DNA of 64,000 bases from Gemmatimonadales bacterium (GTDB lineage: Bacteria > Gemmatimonadota > Gemmatimonadetes > Gemmatimonadales > GWC2-71-9): NCBI GenBank assembly GCA_037189525.1, contig JBBCJC010000005.1, forward strand, positions 736,001 to 800,000, read 5' to 3'. Below are positions 38,297-47,140 of the stretch, one piece after another. A model generated the notes under the pieces. It was not told the DNA's origin. It saw only the letters and a list, made by a program, of their open reading frames with translations, and did no database searches. The position numbers and the translations under genes were made by a program. Within the stretch, counting starts at the first letter, position 1. Every line of letters starts with the position of its first letter.

Positions 38297-39349
38297 TCAG
38301 CGAATCCCGTACGCTCCGGCAATGCCTTCCGCGATCCGGTCTGGATTGGCGTTCGCAACATTGGTCAGCACGATCACCGCAAGCCGCTGTTCCGGAAACC
38401 GCATGAACGTCGTCCGGAACCCCGTCAACGAACCGCCGTGGCTGATCCGCGGACGACCCGCCAGCGAGTCCAGACTCCAACCATAGCCGTAGCCATGCCG
38501 GGTCCCGTCGGTCAGCAGCGTCGGTGACCACATCTCCGCTTTCGACGCCGCCGTCAAGACCTGGTTGCCCTCGAGCGCCAGCTCCCACTTGGCCAGGTCC
38601 GCCACCGTCGAAACGAAGGCGCCGCTCGGACGCACCGCGGGGATATCGTCGGCGCGTGACCAGGCATCGTTCCGCCAGACGTAGCCGTCCGCTCGCTGCG
38701 GAATGATCCCGGTGATCGTCGTCACGCCGGTGGCGGTCATCCCGAGCGGTCGGAAAATCCTGGTCTGGAAGAAGTCCTCCCACGACTGGCCCGAGACCCG
38801 GGCAATGATGTCCGCCAACGCGAAATAGCAGGTATTGCAATAGGACCACTTGCTGCCGACCGGAAAGAGGAGATCCCGGCCGTACGCGCCTTTGACGACG
38901 ATCGAATCCGGCTGGGAGCGAAAGGCCTCGAACGCACCTTCGCGCACGACACCGCCGGTGTGGCTCATGAAGTGCGCCAGCGTCAACGGTGCCCAGCTTG
39001 CGGGGGCATCGGGATAGTATTTGGAGACCGGATCGCTCGTCTTGAGCTTGCCCTCTTGCGCCAGCAACATCACCCCGCTGGCAATCAGCTGCTTGCTGAC
39101 AGACGCGATCTTGAAGACGGTGCGATCCGTGACCGGGGTCTGCCACTCGAGATTCGCAATCCCGTACCCCTTCGACAGCACGACCTGTCCGTTCTGCACC
39201 ACCGCCACCGCCACGCCGGGGATATGCTGCTCGCGCATCTGATGCGCGACCACGGAGTCCACCGCCCCACTTCGCTGCGCCGCAACGTCGGCCCCTGACG
39301 TCGCCACCAGAACCGCTGCTGCTACCCACCGGATCGTCAGAACTCGCAT
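38297..39349 (-). CDS. Secreted serine hydrolase (beta-lactamase family, single domain)
   Basis: Signal peptide; SVSK, YCN, HGG. Confidence 0.9.
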   Translation of the reverse strand: MRVLTIRWVAAAVLVATSGADVAAQRSGAVDSVVAHQMREQHIPGVAVAVVQNGQVVLSKGYGIANLEWQTPVTDRTVFKIASVSKQLIASGVMLLAQEGKLKTSDPVSKYYPDAPASWAPLTLAHFMSHTGGVVREGAFEAFRSQPDSIVVKGAYGRDLLFPVGSKWSYCNTCYFALADIIARVSGQSWEDFFQTRIFRPLGMTATGVTTITGIIPQRADGYVWRNDAWSRADDIPAVRPSGAFVSTVADLAKWELALEGNQVLTAASKAEMWSPTLLTDGTRHGYGYGWSLDSLAGRPRISHGGSLTGFRTTFMRFPEQRLAVIVLTNVANANPDRIAEGIAGAYGIR

Positions 39350-39469
39350 GGCATCCTCGTTTGGGAGTGCATCGAACCGCATGCTGCTTCAAGTTTAATC
39401 AATGCGCGAGTCGGCCACGAACCCGTTCGAGCCTTGGTCCGATGCGCCGGCAGGCCTACCTTGATCCCG

Positions 39470-40339
39470 ATGTCGCACTCATCTCCACCATCGGCCTCGC
39501 CCGCCCATCCGACCGCAACCGGCCAGCGCGCCCTCGTCATCGGCGGCGCCGGCCGAATGGGCGCCTGGCTGGCCGGCTATCTCGCCCGGCGCGGCCTGTC
39601 GGTCCAGGTGGCCGATCCTGCCGGCGCACCGCCAGGGTTTCGCCACTACACCGACTGGCGGGACACGGCGCTGGACCATGACCTGATTGCCGTCGCGGCG
39701 CCGCTTCGGATCAGCGCTACCATTCTCGACGAACTCCGGGCTCGGCGGCCGACCGGTATCGTCTTCGACGTCGGGTCGCTCAAGTCTCCCCTGCGCCAGG
39801 GACTCACGGCATTGGCTGAGGCCGGGATTGCCACGACGTCGATCCACCCGATGTTCGGCCCGTCGGCAGAGGACCTGACCGGTCGCCATATCATCGTGGT
39901 CGACCTGGGCCATCCGGACGCCACCGCGCGCGTTGCCGGCCTGTTCGACGGCACCGGCGCCCGTCTCGTGCCGATGGCGCTCGATCAGCACGATCGGATG
40001 GTCGCGTATGTCCTGGGCCTTTCGCATGCGCTCAACATCGCGTTCGTCACCGCGCTCGCCGATTGCGGCGAATCGGCCGCCGAACTGATTCGTCTTTCGA
40101 GTACCACATTCGACCGCCAGCTTGCCGTCGCAAGTCCGGTAGTCGAAGAGAATCCGCACCTCTACTTCGAAATCCAGCGGCTCAACGATTTCGGGATGGA
40201 CGCGCTCGATGCGCTACAGACGGCGGTCGACCAGGTCCGCACGGCCGTGCGGGAAGGTGACGAGGCGACGTTCGTACGATTGATGGAGCGCGGGCGGGAA
40301 TATCTGCGGGAAAGGAAACCGGCCGATCGCCCGAACTGA
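39470..40339 (+). CDS. tyrA: Prephenate/arogenate dehydrogenase
   Basis: GGAGRMG, DVGSLK, HPMFGP, HDRMVAYVLGLSH. Confidence 0.85.
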   Translation: MSHSSPPSASPAHPTATGQRALVIGGAGRMGAWLAGYLARRGLSVQVADPAGAPPGFRHYTDWRDTALDHDLIAVAAPLRISATILDELRARRPTGIVFDVGSLKSPLRQGLTALAEAGIATTSIHPMFGPSAEDLTGRHIIVVDLGHPDATARVAGLFDGTGARLVPMALDQHDRMVAYVLGLSHALNIAFVTALADCGESAAELIRLSSTTFDRQLAVASPVVEENPHLYFEIQRLNDFGMDALDALQTAVDQVRTAVREGDEATFVRLMERGREYLRERKPADRPN

Positions 40340-40351
40340 GCGACCGGCCGG
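40319..40351. terminator. Hairpin at convergent tyrA/rocD junction
   Basis: CCGGCCGATCGC..GCGACCGGCCGG (1 mismatch); no clear U tract. Confidence 0.4.
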
Positions 40352-40360
40352 CCGTACGCA

Positions 40361-41569
40361 TCACGCGGCAAAGACCGACTGTACCTGCGCAACCATCCAG
40401 TCCAGATCCGATTCCGCAATCACCAGCGGCGGAGTCAGCCGCACCACCAGGTCGTGCGTCTCCTTGCACAGCAAGCCCAACTCGGCCAGACGCTCACAGT
40501 AGGGCCGAGCCGGTACGGTCAACTCGATCCCGATCAGCAGGCCCCGGCCGCGCACCTCGCGAATGTGCGGGTGCTTAATCGACTTGAGCGCAGTCAAGAC
40601 CTTGGCGCCCAACCGCGCCGACCGGCCGGCCAGATCTTCGTCATTCAGAATGGCCATGGCCGTCCGCGCCACGGCGCACCCCAGCGGGTTGCCGCCATAG
40701 GTGCTGCCGTGGCTGCCCGGGTTGAACAGCTCCATCACCTCGTCCCGGCCGATGACGGCGGACACCGGATAAGCCCCGCCGGAGAGCGCCTTCCCCACGA
40801 TCAGGAGGTCCGGCGTGACCCCTTCATAGTCGCACGCCCAGCGCTTGCCGGTCCGGCCGAGCCCGGTCTGAATCTCGTCGGCGATCAAGAGAACATTGCG
40901 CGCACGGCAGAGGTCGGCTGCAGCCCGCAAGTATCCATCGGGCGGAATGTGAATCCCGGACTCACACTGGATCGGCTCGACCAGGAAGCCGCAGGTATCA
41001 TCGTCGATCGCCGCGGCCAGCGCGTCCAGGTCGCCGAACGGAATCTGGACAAAGCCGGGCGTGAACGGCCCGAAGCCGTCGCGATAGGATTCCTCCGACG
41101 AGAAGCCGACGATGGTGGTCGTGCGGCCGTGGAAATTCCCTTCGCAGACGATGATCTTGGCCCGATCCTTCGCAATCCCCTTCCGGCGATAGCCCCAGCG
41201 CCGTGCCGCCTTGATGGCCGTCTCGACCGCTTCGGCGCCGGTATTCATCGGGAGGACTTTGTCGAGCCCCGCCAGCTCCGCAAGCTCCTTGACGAAGAAG
41301 GCGAGCTGATCGTTGCGGAAGGCCCGCGAGGTCAGCGTGACCCGGGCCGCCTGCTCAGTCAGCGTTTCGATCAGGCGCGGATGTCCGTGCCCCAGGTTGA
41401 CGGCCGAGTATGAACTCAGACAGTCGAGGAACCGACGGCCTTCGACGTCATAGACCCAGGCCCCTTCCCCGCGCTCGACGACGATGGGCAGCGGATGATA
41501 GTTGTTGGTGCCGTAGCGCTCCTCGAGCGCGATGTACTCACCGGTTTTCGACGGACTCACTGCGGTCAT
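40361..41569 (-). CDS. rocD: Ornithine-oxo-acid aminotransferase
   Basis: NYHPLP, LSSYSAVN.GH, LPMNTGAEAVET, FHGRT, DEIQTGLGRTG, GKALSGG, HGSTYGGNPL; ATGA overlap with proC. Confidence 0.93.
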   Translation of the reverse strand: MTAVSPSKTGEYIALEERYGTNNYHPLPIVVERGEGAWVYDVEGRRFLDCLSSYSAVNLGHGHPRLIETLTEQAARVTLTSRAFRNDQLAFFVKELAELAGLDKVLPMNTGAEAVETAIKAARRWGYRRKGIAKDRAKIIVCEGNFHGRTTTIVGFSSEESYRDGFGPFTPGFVQIPFGDLDALAAAIDDDTCGFLVEPIQCESGIHIPPDGYLRAAADLCRARNVLLIADEIQTGLGRTGKRWACDYEGVTPDLLIVGKALSGGAYPVSAVIGRDEVMELFNPGSHGSTYGGNPLGCAVARTAMAILNDEDLAGRSARLGAKVLTALKSIKHPHIREVRGRGLLIGIELTVPARPYCERLAELGLLCKETHDLVVRLTPPLVIAESDLDWMVAQVQSVFAA

Positions 41570-42456
41570 GACGACCCCTTTCTGCCTGTCTCGACAGGCG
41601 CCGCCGGCCCCAACTGCCCGGCGATTCGTGTCGCTTCCTCCACGGCCCGCGCCAGCACGGACCGGATCTTCCCATCTTCGAGCATCAGCAACCCGCCGAT
41701 CGTGCACCCGGCCGGCGTGGTGACATCGTCTCGCAACGCAGCGGGATGGCGACCGCTGTCCTGCACCATCTTGGCGGCGCCGAGCATGGCCTGCGCAACG
41801 AGCATCAGCGCCTTGTCGCGCGGCAACCCCACTCGGACGCCCGCATCGGCCAGCGCTTCCATCATCAGATACATGTAGGCCGGGCCACTGGCACTGAGCG
41901 CCGTGATCGCATTGAAATGCGATTCGTCGAGGATCACGCTCCGCCCCACGACGGCAAAGATCCGCTGCGCCAGCGCCAGGTGTTCCGGTCGCGCGGTCGG
42001 CCCGCCACAGACGGCCGTCATCCCGTGCCCGACGACGCAGGGCGTATTCGGCATGGCGCGCACCCACGCGTGCGGCGTCCCGAGCGCCGCAGCAAGCGTA
42101 GCCGTGGTGACACCGGCGGCAATCGAGATCAGCAGCGCATCGTCCCGAAGGCCCAGCATGCCGAGCCGGCCCAACACGGTCGGAATCTGGGCCGGTTTGA
42201 CACAGACGATCACGATCGCGGCATCCCCCACGCGCGGGGCGAAATCCTGTTCCACCGGAATGCCTAACAGCCCGGCAACCCGGTCGCAGGACTCCCGCGT
42301 TTTACTGCTGGCCCAGAGCTGGTCCCGTGTCACGGCCCCCTGCTCCAGCAACCCTTTGAGAATGGTCTGACCCATCACACCCGCGCCGATCACGCCGAGG
42401 GTGCGACCGGGGGGTAGCAATGCGGAATCAGTGGACACGAGAACGCTCCACGACAT
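41566..42456 (-). CDS. proC: Pyrroline-5-carboxylate reductase
   Basis: IGAGVMG, CVKP, SIAAG, RAMPNTP, SGPAY, VTTPAGCT; alternative GTG start 42438. Confidence 0.93.
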   Translation of the reverse strand: MSWSVLVSTDSALLPPGRTLGVIGAGVMGQTILKGLLEQGAVTRDQLWASSKTRESCDRVAGLLGIPVEQDFAPRVGDAAIVIVCVKPAQIPTVLGRLGMLGLRDDALLISIAAGVTTATLAAALGTPHAWVRAMPNTPCVVGHGMTAVCGGPTARPEHLALAQRIFAVVGRSVILDESHFNAITALSASGPAYMYLMMEALADAGVRVGLPRDKALMLVAQAMLGAAKMVQDSGRHPAALRDDVTTPAGCTIGGLLMLEDGKIRSVLARAVEEATRIAGQLGPAAPVETGRKGSS

Positions 42457-42591
42457 CGCTGCCTGAACTGGTATCGGGATAACCTGCGGGGCGGTACATC
42501 CGGCTCCTAATGCCGCTAATCTGATAAGAAATAACCGGCCCAATCGGAAGGCAAGGCCGGGCCGAGGATCCAACGATTCCTTCGGCTGCGA

Positions 42592-44667
42592 CTACGAGCG
42601 CTGCCCCGAACCGCCAGGCGATTCTCCGATCGACAGGAGTCTCTCGGCAGCACCGATCGATTCGTGCGACCCGGCCACCGCGAGACGGTCGCCGGCCTGG
42701 AGTCGTTCATTGGGCCCCGGCACGGGAATCGATGCTTCGGCACGGGCAATCGCCAGAATCAACGCTCCGGTCCGGCTGCGAAGCTCGAGTTCGGCCAGGG
42801 TGCGGCCGACCGCATAGCTCTGTTCACCGAGGGTGACAACGATCGGCGCACCGAGGCCCGGCAGCAGTTCCTTGACCTGCTCCGGCATCTCGAGATGCTG
42901 GGGCACGGCGCCGGCATGAGCCTGACGGGCCAGACCTGCGACCACCACCTGCGCGCCGGCTTTGACGTGCCCGTCCAGGTCCGACGCGCGTCGCCAGATG
43001 GCAATCGCATACCCCGCCAGAAACACCACCAGAATGAGCGGTCCCGTGAACGTCGACAAAAACGGCTGTGTCACGGCGACCACCGCCATGCCCGTCAACA
43101 GCACGATCACCAACTGCAGCACGAGCGTGAGAACCTGGCGGGGCGTCCGATTGAGATCCAATCCCTTGGCAACGGGCGGAAAGGCGCGTTGGGCGACCCG
43201 ATCGCCGAGCCGGCGCCCCAGGCGTCCGATCCCGACGACGAGCGGCGCCGCCACCAGGCCCGCCGCGATGATGATCGCGATCCGGGCAACACTCGGCGTG
43301 ATCCCGGTGGCGGTCACGGTCGCATCGACCAACGTCGAGAAGTAGAGGCTGACGGCGACCATGACACCGCTCAGCACCGCTGCGTCCACCAGCAACAGGC
43401 TGACCACCCGCCGAAAACCACGCCGAGTCGCCGCCGATTTCCGAGGCCGATCGAGCCACGATCCGTAGAGCGACGTCAGCGTCTGGAGCCGCGGGGGCAT
43501 CCCGCGATCGATGGCCGTCGCGACTCGCCCGGAACTCTGGACCAGCCACGGCGTCAGCAGCGTCGTGATGGCGGACACTGCGACCACCACCGGGAAGACG
43601 TAGGGGCCGGTCTTGCCGAGCGAGAGCCCGAGGGTCGCGATGATGAACGAGAATTCGCCGATCTGGGCCAGGCTCATCCCGGCCTGGATGGCGGTCCGGG
43701 GCGGCGTACCGGCCAGGAAGGCGCCGAGCGTCACGCTCCCGATCTTACCGATCACGACGACGATGGTCAGCACGACGATCGGCTGCCAATGCGCCACCAG
43801 GAGCGCCGGATCGATCAGCATGCCGACCGACACGAAGAAGACCGCCCCGAAGAGATCGCGCACCGGCTTGGTGGCGTGGTCGAGATGCTCACCAAGCCCG
43901 CCTTCGGCAATCAGCGAGCCGGCCATGAAGGCGCCCAACGCAATCGAGTAGCCCGCTTCCTGCGCAAGAAAGGCCATCAGGAAGCAGATCCCGATCCCCA
44001 TCACCACCACGATTTCCGGGGTACTCCGTGCCGTGGCCGCGCGCATGACCCGCGGAATCACCACGATGCCGATGCCGACCAGCAAGACCAGGAAGAGACC
44101 TAGCCGGCCGATGGTAAGCGCCAGGGCCGACGCCGAGAGACCGCCGCCGGTGGCCACCGCGGTGAGCGCCGCCATCCCGATGACGGCAATCAGATCTTCG
44201 AACAGGAGGATGCCGACGACCAGATCGCGCAGTCGTCCAGTCACCTTCTGGTCTTCGAAAACTTTGGCAATGATGGTCGTGCTGGAAATCGCAATGGCGA
44301 CCCCGAGGAAGATGCTCTCCAGGTCGCCCCAGCCGAACAGTTGTCCGACCAGAAAGCCGAGCCACGCGACGATGCCGGCCTGGATGGCGGCCGTCAGTCC
44401 CGCAGTCGATCCCAGCTGGACCAGCTTGCGGAGACTGAACTCGAGGCCCAAGGAGAACATCAGCAGGATGACGCCCAGCTCCGACAAGGTCTGGACGATC
44501 GCTTTGTCCGCAACGAACCCGACCGGCACGTACGGGCCGACCAGCAGGCCCGCGATCAGATACCCGAGGACGACGGGCTGCTTGATCCGCTGGAACAGAT
44601 ACGCAGTGAAGCCCCCGACTGCGAGAACGATCGTTAGGGACCGAAGAAATTCGTGCGCATCATGCAT
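42592..44667 (-). CDS. CPA2 cation:proton antiporter with C-terminal TrkA-C (RCK_C) domain
   Basis: LGYLIAG, ELGVILLMFSLGLEFS, SSTTII, LLFED, FFVSVGM, QIGEFSF; C-terminal GRTLAELELRSRTG. Confidence 0.92.
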   Translation of the reverse strand: MHDAHEFLRSLTIVLAVGGFTAYLFQRIKQPVVLGYLIAGLLVGPYVPVGFVADKAIVQTLSELGVILLMFSLGLEFSLRKLVQLGSTAGLTAAIQAGIVAWLGFLVGQLFGWGDLESIFLGVAIAISSTTIIAKVFEDQKVTGRLRDLVVGILLFEDLIAVIGMAALTAVATGGGLSASALALTIGRLGLFLVLLVGIGIVVIPRVMRAATARSTPEIVVVMGIGICFLMAFLAQEAGYSIALGAFMAGSLIAEGGLGEHLDHATKPVRDLFGAVFFVSVGMLIDPALLVAHWQPIVVLTIVVVIGKIGSVTLGAFLAGTPPRTAIQAGMSLAQIGEFSFIIATLGLSLGKTGPYVFPVVVAVSAITTLLTPWLVQSSGRVATAIDRGMPPRLQTLTSLYGSWLDRPRKSAATRRGFRRVVSLLLVDAAVLSGVMVAVSLYFSTLVDATVTATGITPSVARIAIIIAAGLVAAPLVVGIGRLGRRLGDRVAQRAFPPVAKGLDLNRTPRQVLTLVLQLVIVLLTGMAVVAVTQPFLSTFTGPLILVVFLAGYAIAIWRRASDLDGHVKAGAQVVVAGLARQAHAGAVPQHLEMPEQVKELLPGLGAPIVVTLGEQSYAVGRTLAELELRSRTGALILAIARAEASIPVPGPNERLQAGDRLAVAGSHESIGAAERLLSIGESPGGSGQRS

Positions 44668-44683
44668 GACATCAACGTAAGGC

Positions 44684-44721
44684 CTGGATCGGTCGCTCAC
44701 TAGGGACGGCGACCGATCCAG
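44684..44721. terminator. 13-bp perfect hairpin between serine hydrolase and antiporter genes
   Basis: CTGGATCGGTCGC / GCGACCGATCCAG; weak U tail. Confidence 0.5.
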
Positions 44722-44736
44722 CCTGCCCTGCCGCGA

Positions 44737-46434
44737 TCAGCGCCGACGCACGAACCGCATCCCGTGGGCCCGATCGGTGTCGATCACGAATCCCACCACG
44801 GCCCACGAGCCGGCGTGGCGCTGGAACTGATACCGACCGGGCCCCCATTCGACCGGTGTGAACCCATCGACGATGGTAGGACGGAGGGGGATCTCGTTGC
44901 CGCGGTGATGTCGCACGACGAGCCGGCCCTCCTTGACCGAGACGGTGGCCGGCGCGTTGAAGTCCTCGCTCCAGTACTCACCCGCGTACGCTGCGAGGTC
45001 GGTTTCGGTGGGGTTCGCGGATGGTGCCGCCGTGAGCTCCATGTTCCGCCCGGCGATGTACGGATGCGGGCGCTGTACCACCCACGCACCGTCGCGCCGG
45101 ACGAACGTGAAGATGCCGAGCGGGTCGTTGCCCAGTTGGAAGCGGTCCTGTCCCAGCGCGCGGAGTTCACGCCCTGGCGGGTTGAGACCGAAGCGCAGTT
45201 TCCCGTCCTGGGCCATGAACCGGTAGAGGTCGCGATCGTTCCGATAGTATCCGGCACGCGCGGCGAGGTCGGCCTGGGGCACGGCAACGTCGGCAGGGAC
45301 GTCCGCCGTCGCCGACCGCGGCGCGAGGACCGGCTCGAGCACGATATCGACGACCTGATCGAGCAGGGCGGCCGGACCGGCATTGCCGACATTGCAGAGC
45401 ACCGCGACGCCCAGCTTGTGCTCCGGAATCCGCACCAGGTGTGTCCGGTAGCCGCCGTCCGCCCCGGAATGCGACCAGGTCGTGACGCCCCGATAGGTGC
45501 CGCGGGCAATGCCCAGCGCATACGAGAGCGTGTCGCCGCTCGCTAGCACGCCACGCGTCTCAAGCGCGCGGATCGCCGCGGCGCCGCCGACCTTGCCGGT
45601 CGTGAAGTTCTGATCCCAGAGCAGCAAGTCGTTGACGGAGGTGTAGAGACCGCCCGCTCCGACGCTCTCATAGAAAGGCACGTCGAACCGATAGGTCGAG
45701 TCGGATGCGCGCCAAGCGTACGCATGGGTGCGCCCCGGCAGCAGGCTCCAGGGATCGCCGTGGAACCGGGTGCTGTTCATCCCGAGCGGCTGGAAGATGC
45801 GCTCGGTGGTGAATTCGGTGAGCGACTTCCCCGTCACCCGCTGCACGATGACACCCATCAGCCAGTACGTCGCATTACTGTAGCTGTAGTCCGTGCCCGG
45901 CTCGAACTCGAGGCGCTCCTGCCGCACGATGGCGCCGAGCGCGTCCTCCATCCGGATGGCCTCTTCGGGAAACTGGAGGCCGCCCAGGACGAGCGGGGTA
46001 ATCCCGTCCCGGAGCCCGCTCGTATGGTTGATCATCTGGCGGATGGTGACGGTCCGGCCAAACGTCGGCACCTCGGGCACATACTTCCGGATGTCGTCGT
46101 CCAAACGGAGGAGCCCGTCCTGCTCCAGAAGCACCATCGCCATGGCGGTGAACTGCTTCGACACCGAGGCCAACTGGAAAGTCGAGGCCGGGCTGATCGG
46201 AATCCCCAACTCGAGATTCCCCAAGCCATATCCCTTGGCGTACGCGATCGAACCACCGCGATAGACACCCACGGCGCACCCCGGTGCCGCGCCGATGGTA
46301 AACCGATTGAACACCTGATCGATGCTCCGCGCCTGCTGTCCACCGATCCGTTGCGCCGCGATCGGCGTCATCCATCCAAGAACCAGAATTCCGACCAGCC
46401 CCACGACGATCCGACCGAGCGCTCGTGCGCGCAT
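44737..46434 (-). CDS. Secreted serine hydrolase, D-aminopeptidase-like (SxxK domain plus C-terminal beta domains)
   Basis: FQLASVSKQFTA, HTSGLRD, YSYSN, HSG; two AGYY/AGEY-type C-terminal repeats. Confidence 0.88.
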   Translation of the reverse strand: MRARALGRIVVGLVGILVLGWMTPIAAQRIGGQQARSIDQVFNRFTIGAAPGCAVGVYRGGSIAYAKGYGLGNLELGIPISPASTFQLASVSKQFTAMAMVLLEQDGLLRLDDDIRKYVPEVPTFGRTVTIRQMINHTSGLRDGITPLVLGGLQFPEEAIRMEDALGAIVRQERLEFEPGTDYSYSNATYWLMGVIVQRVTGKSLTEFTTERIFQPLGMNSTRFHGDPWSLLPGRTHAYAWRASDSTYRFDVPFYESVGAGGLYTSVNDLLLWDQNFTTGKVGGAAAIRALETRGVLASGDTLSYALGIARGTYRGVTTWSHSGADGGYRTHLVRIPEHKLGVAVLCNVGNAGPAALLDQVVDIVLEPVLAPRSATADVPADVAVPQADLAARAGYYRNDRDLYRFMAQDGKLRFGLNPPGRELRALGQDRFQLGNDPLGIFTFVRRDGAWVVQRPHPYIAGRNMELTAAPSANPTETDLAAYAGEYWSEDFNAPATVSVKEGRLVVRHHRGNEIPLRPTIVDGFTPVEWGPGRYQFQRHAGSWAVVGFVIDTDRAHGMRFVRRR

Positions 46435-46618
46435 AGTACTCTCCAGAATGGGACCAACGACCCAGGCCGCAGGGGCAAGCCGGGGTGACCTTCCGAATAT
46501 TGTGACAGAGTGAACCTGGTATTCTAACGGCAGACGGACCCGGAGCAATGCATGCCAGTTGCGGCAGCGGCCGTTCGGATTAGGCTTGATGTTGCAACCG
46601 CGACCTATCGGGGCATCG

Positions 46619-47140
46619 ATGGACCAGGACAAACAGGCGTTCGATGATCTCTTCAGTCTGGCGTATGAAGAGCTGCGTCGCCTGGCGTCGAGTGTGCATC
46701 GGGACGATCCCTACGCCTCGATGAACCCGACGGCATTGGTCCACGAAGCCTGGCTCAAGATGGCCAACTCGCCGGGACTCGCCGCCACTTCCCATCTCCA
46801 TTTCAAACGGATTGCCGCCCGCGCCATGCGGCAGATCCTGGTCGATGCTGCCCGCCGGCGCAATGCGCGCAAGCGGGGCGCGGGCGTTGCCGTCATCACC
46901 TACGATGATGCCGCCGCTGCCCTGCCAACTTCGGCCGACGAGCTGCTCGGCCTCCATGCCGCCCTGGAGGAACTGGCCCGGCTGAGTCCGCGCCAGGCCT
47001 CGATGGTCGAGAGCCGTTTCTTCGGCGGGCTCGACACCCGCGAAATCGCAGAGGATCTGGGGATTTCGGAAGCGACCGTCTTGCGCGACTGGCGCGCAGC
47101 CAAGGCCTGGCTCGGTCGCGAACTCCAACGCTCGTTATGA
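46619..47140 (+). CDS. ECF sigma factor, TIGR02999 / ECF43-like
   Basis: YEELRRLA, NPTALVHEAW, AARAMRQILVD.ARRR.A.KRG, RFFGGL, TVLRDW..AKAWL. Confidence 0.92.
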   Translation: MDQDKQAFDDLFSLAYEELRRLASSVHRDDPYASMNPTALVHEAWLKMANSPGLAATSHLHFKRIAARAMRQILVDAARRRNARKRGAGVAVITYDDAAAALPTSADELLGLHAALEELARLSPRQASMVESRFFGGLDTREIAEDLGISEATVLRDWRAAKAWLGRELQRSL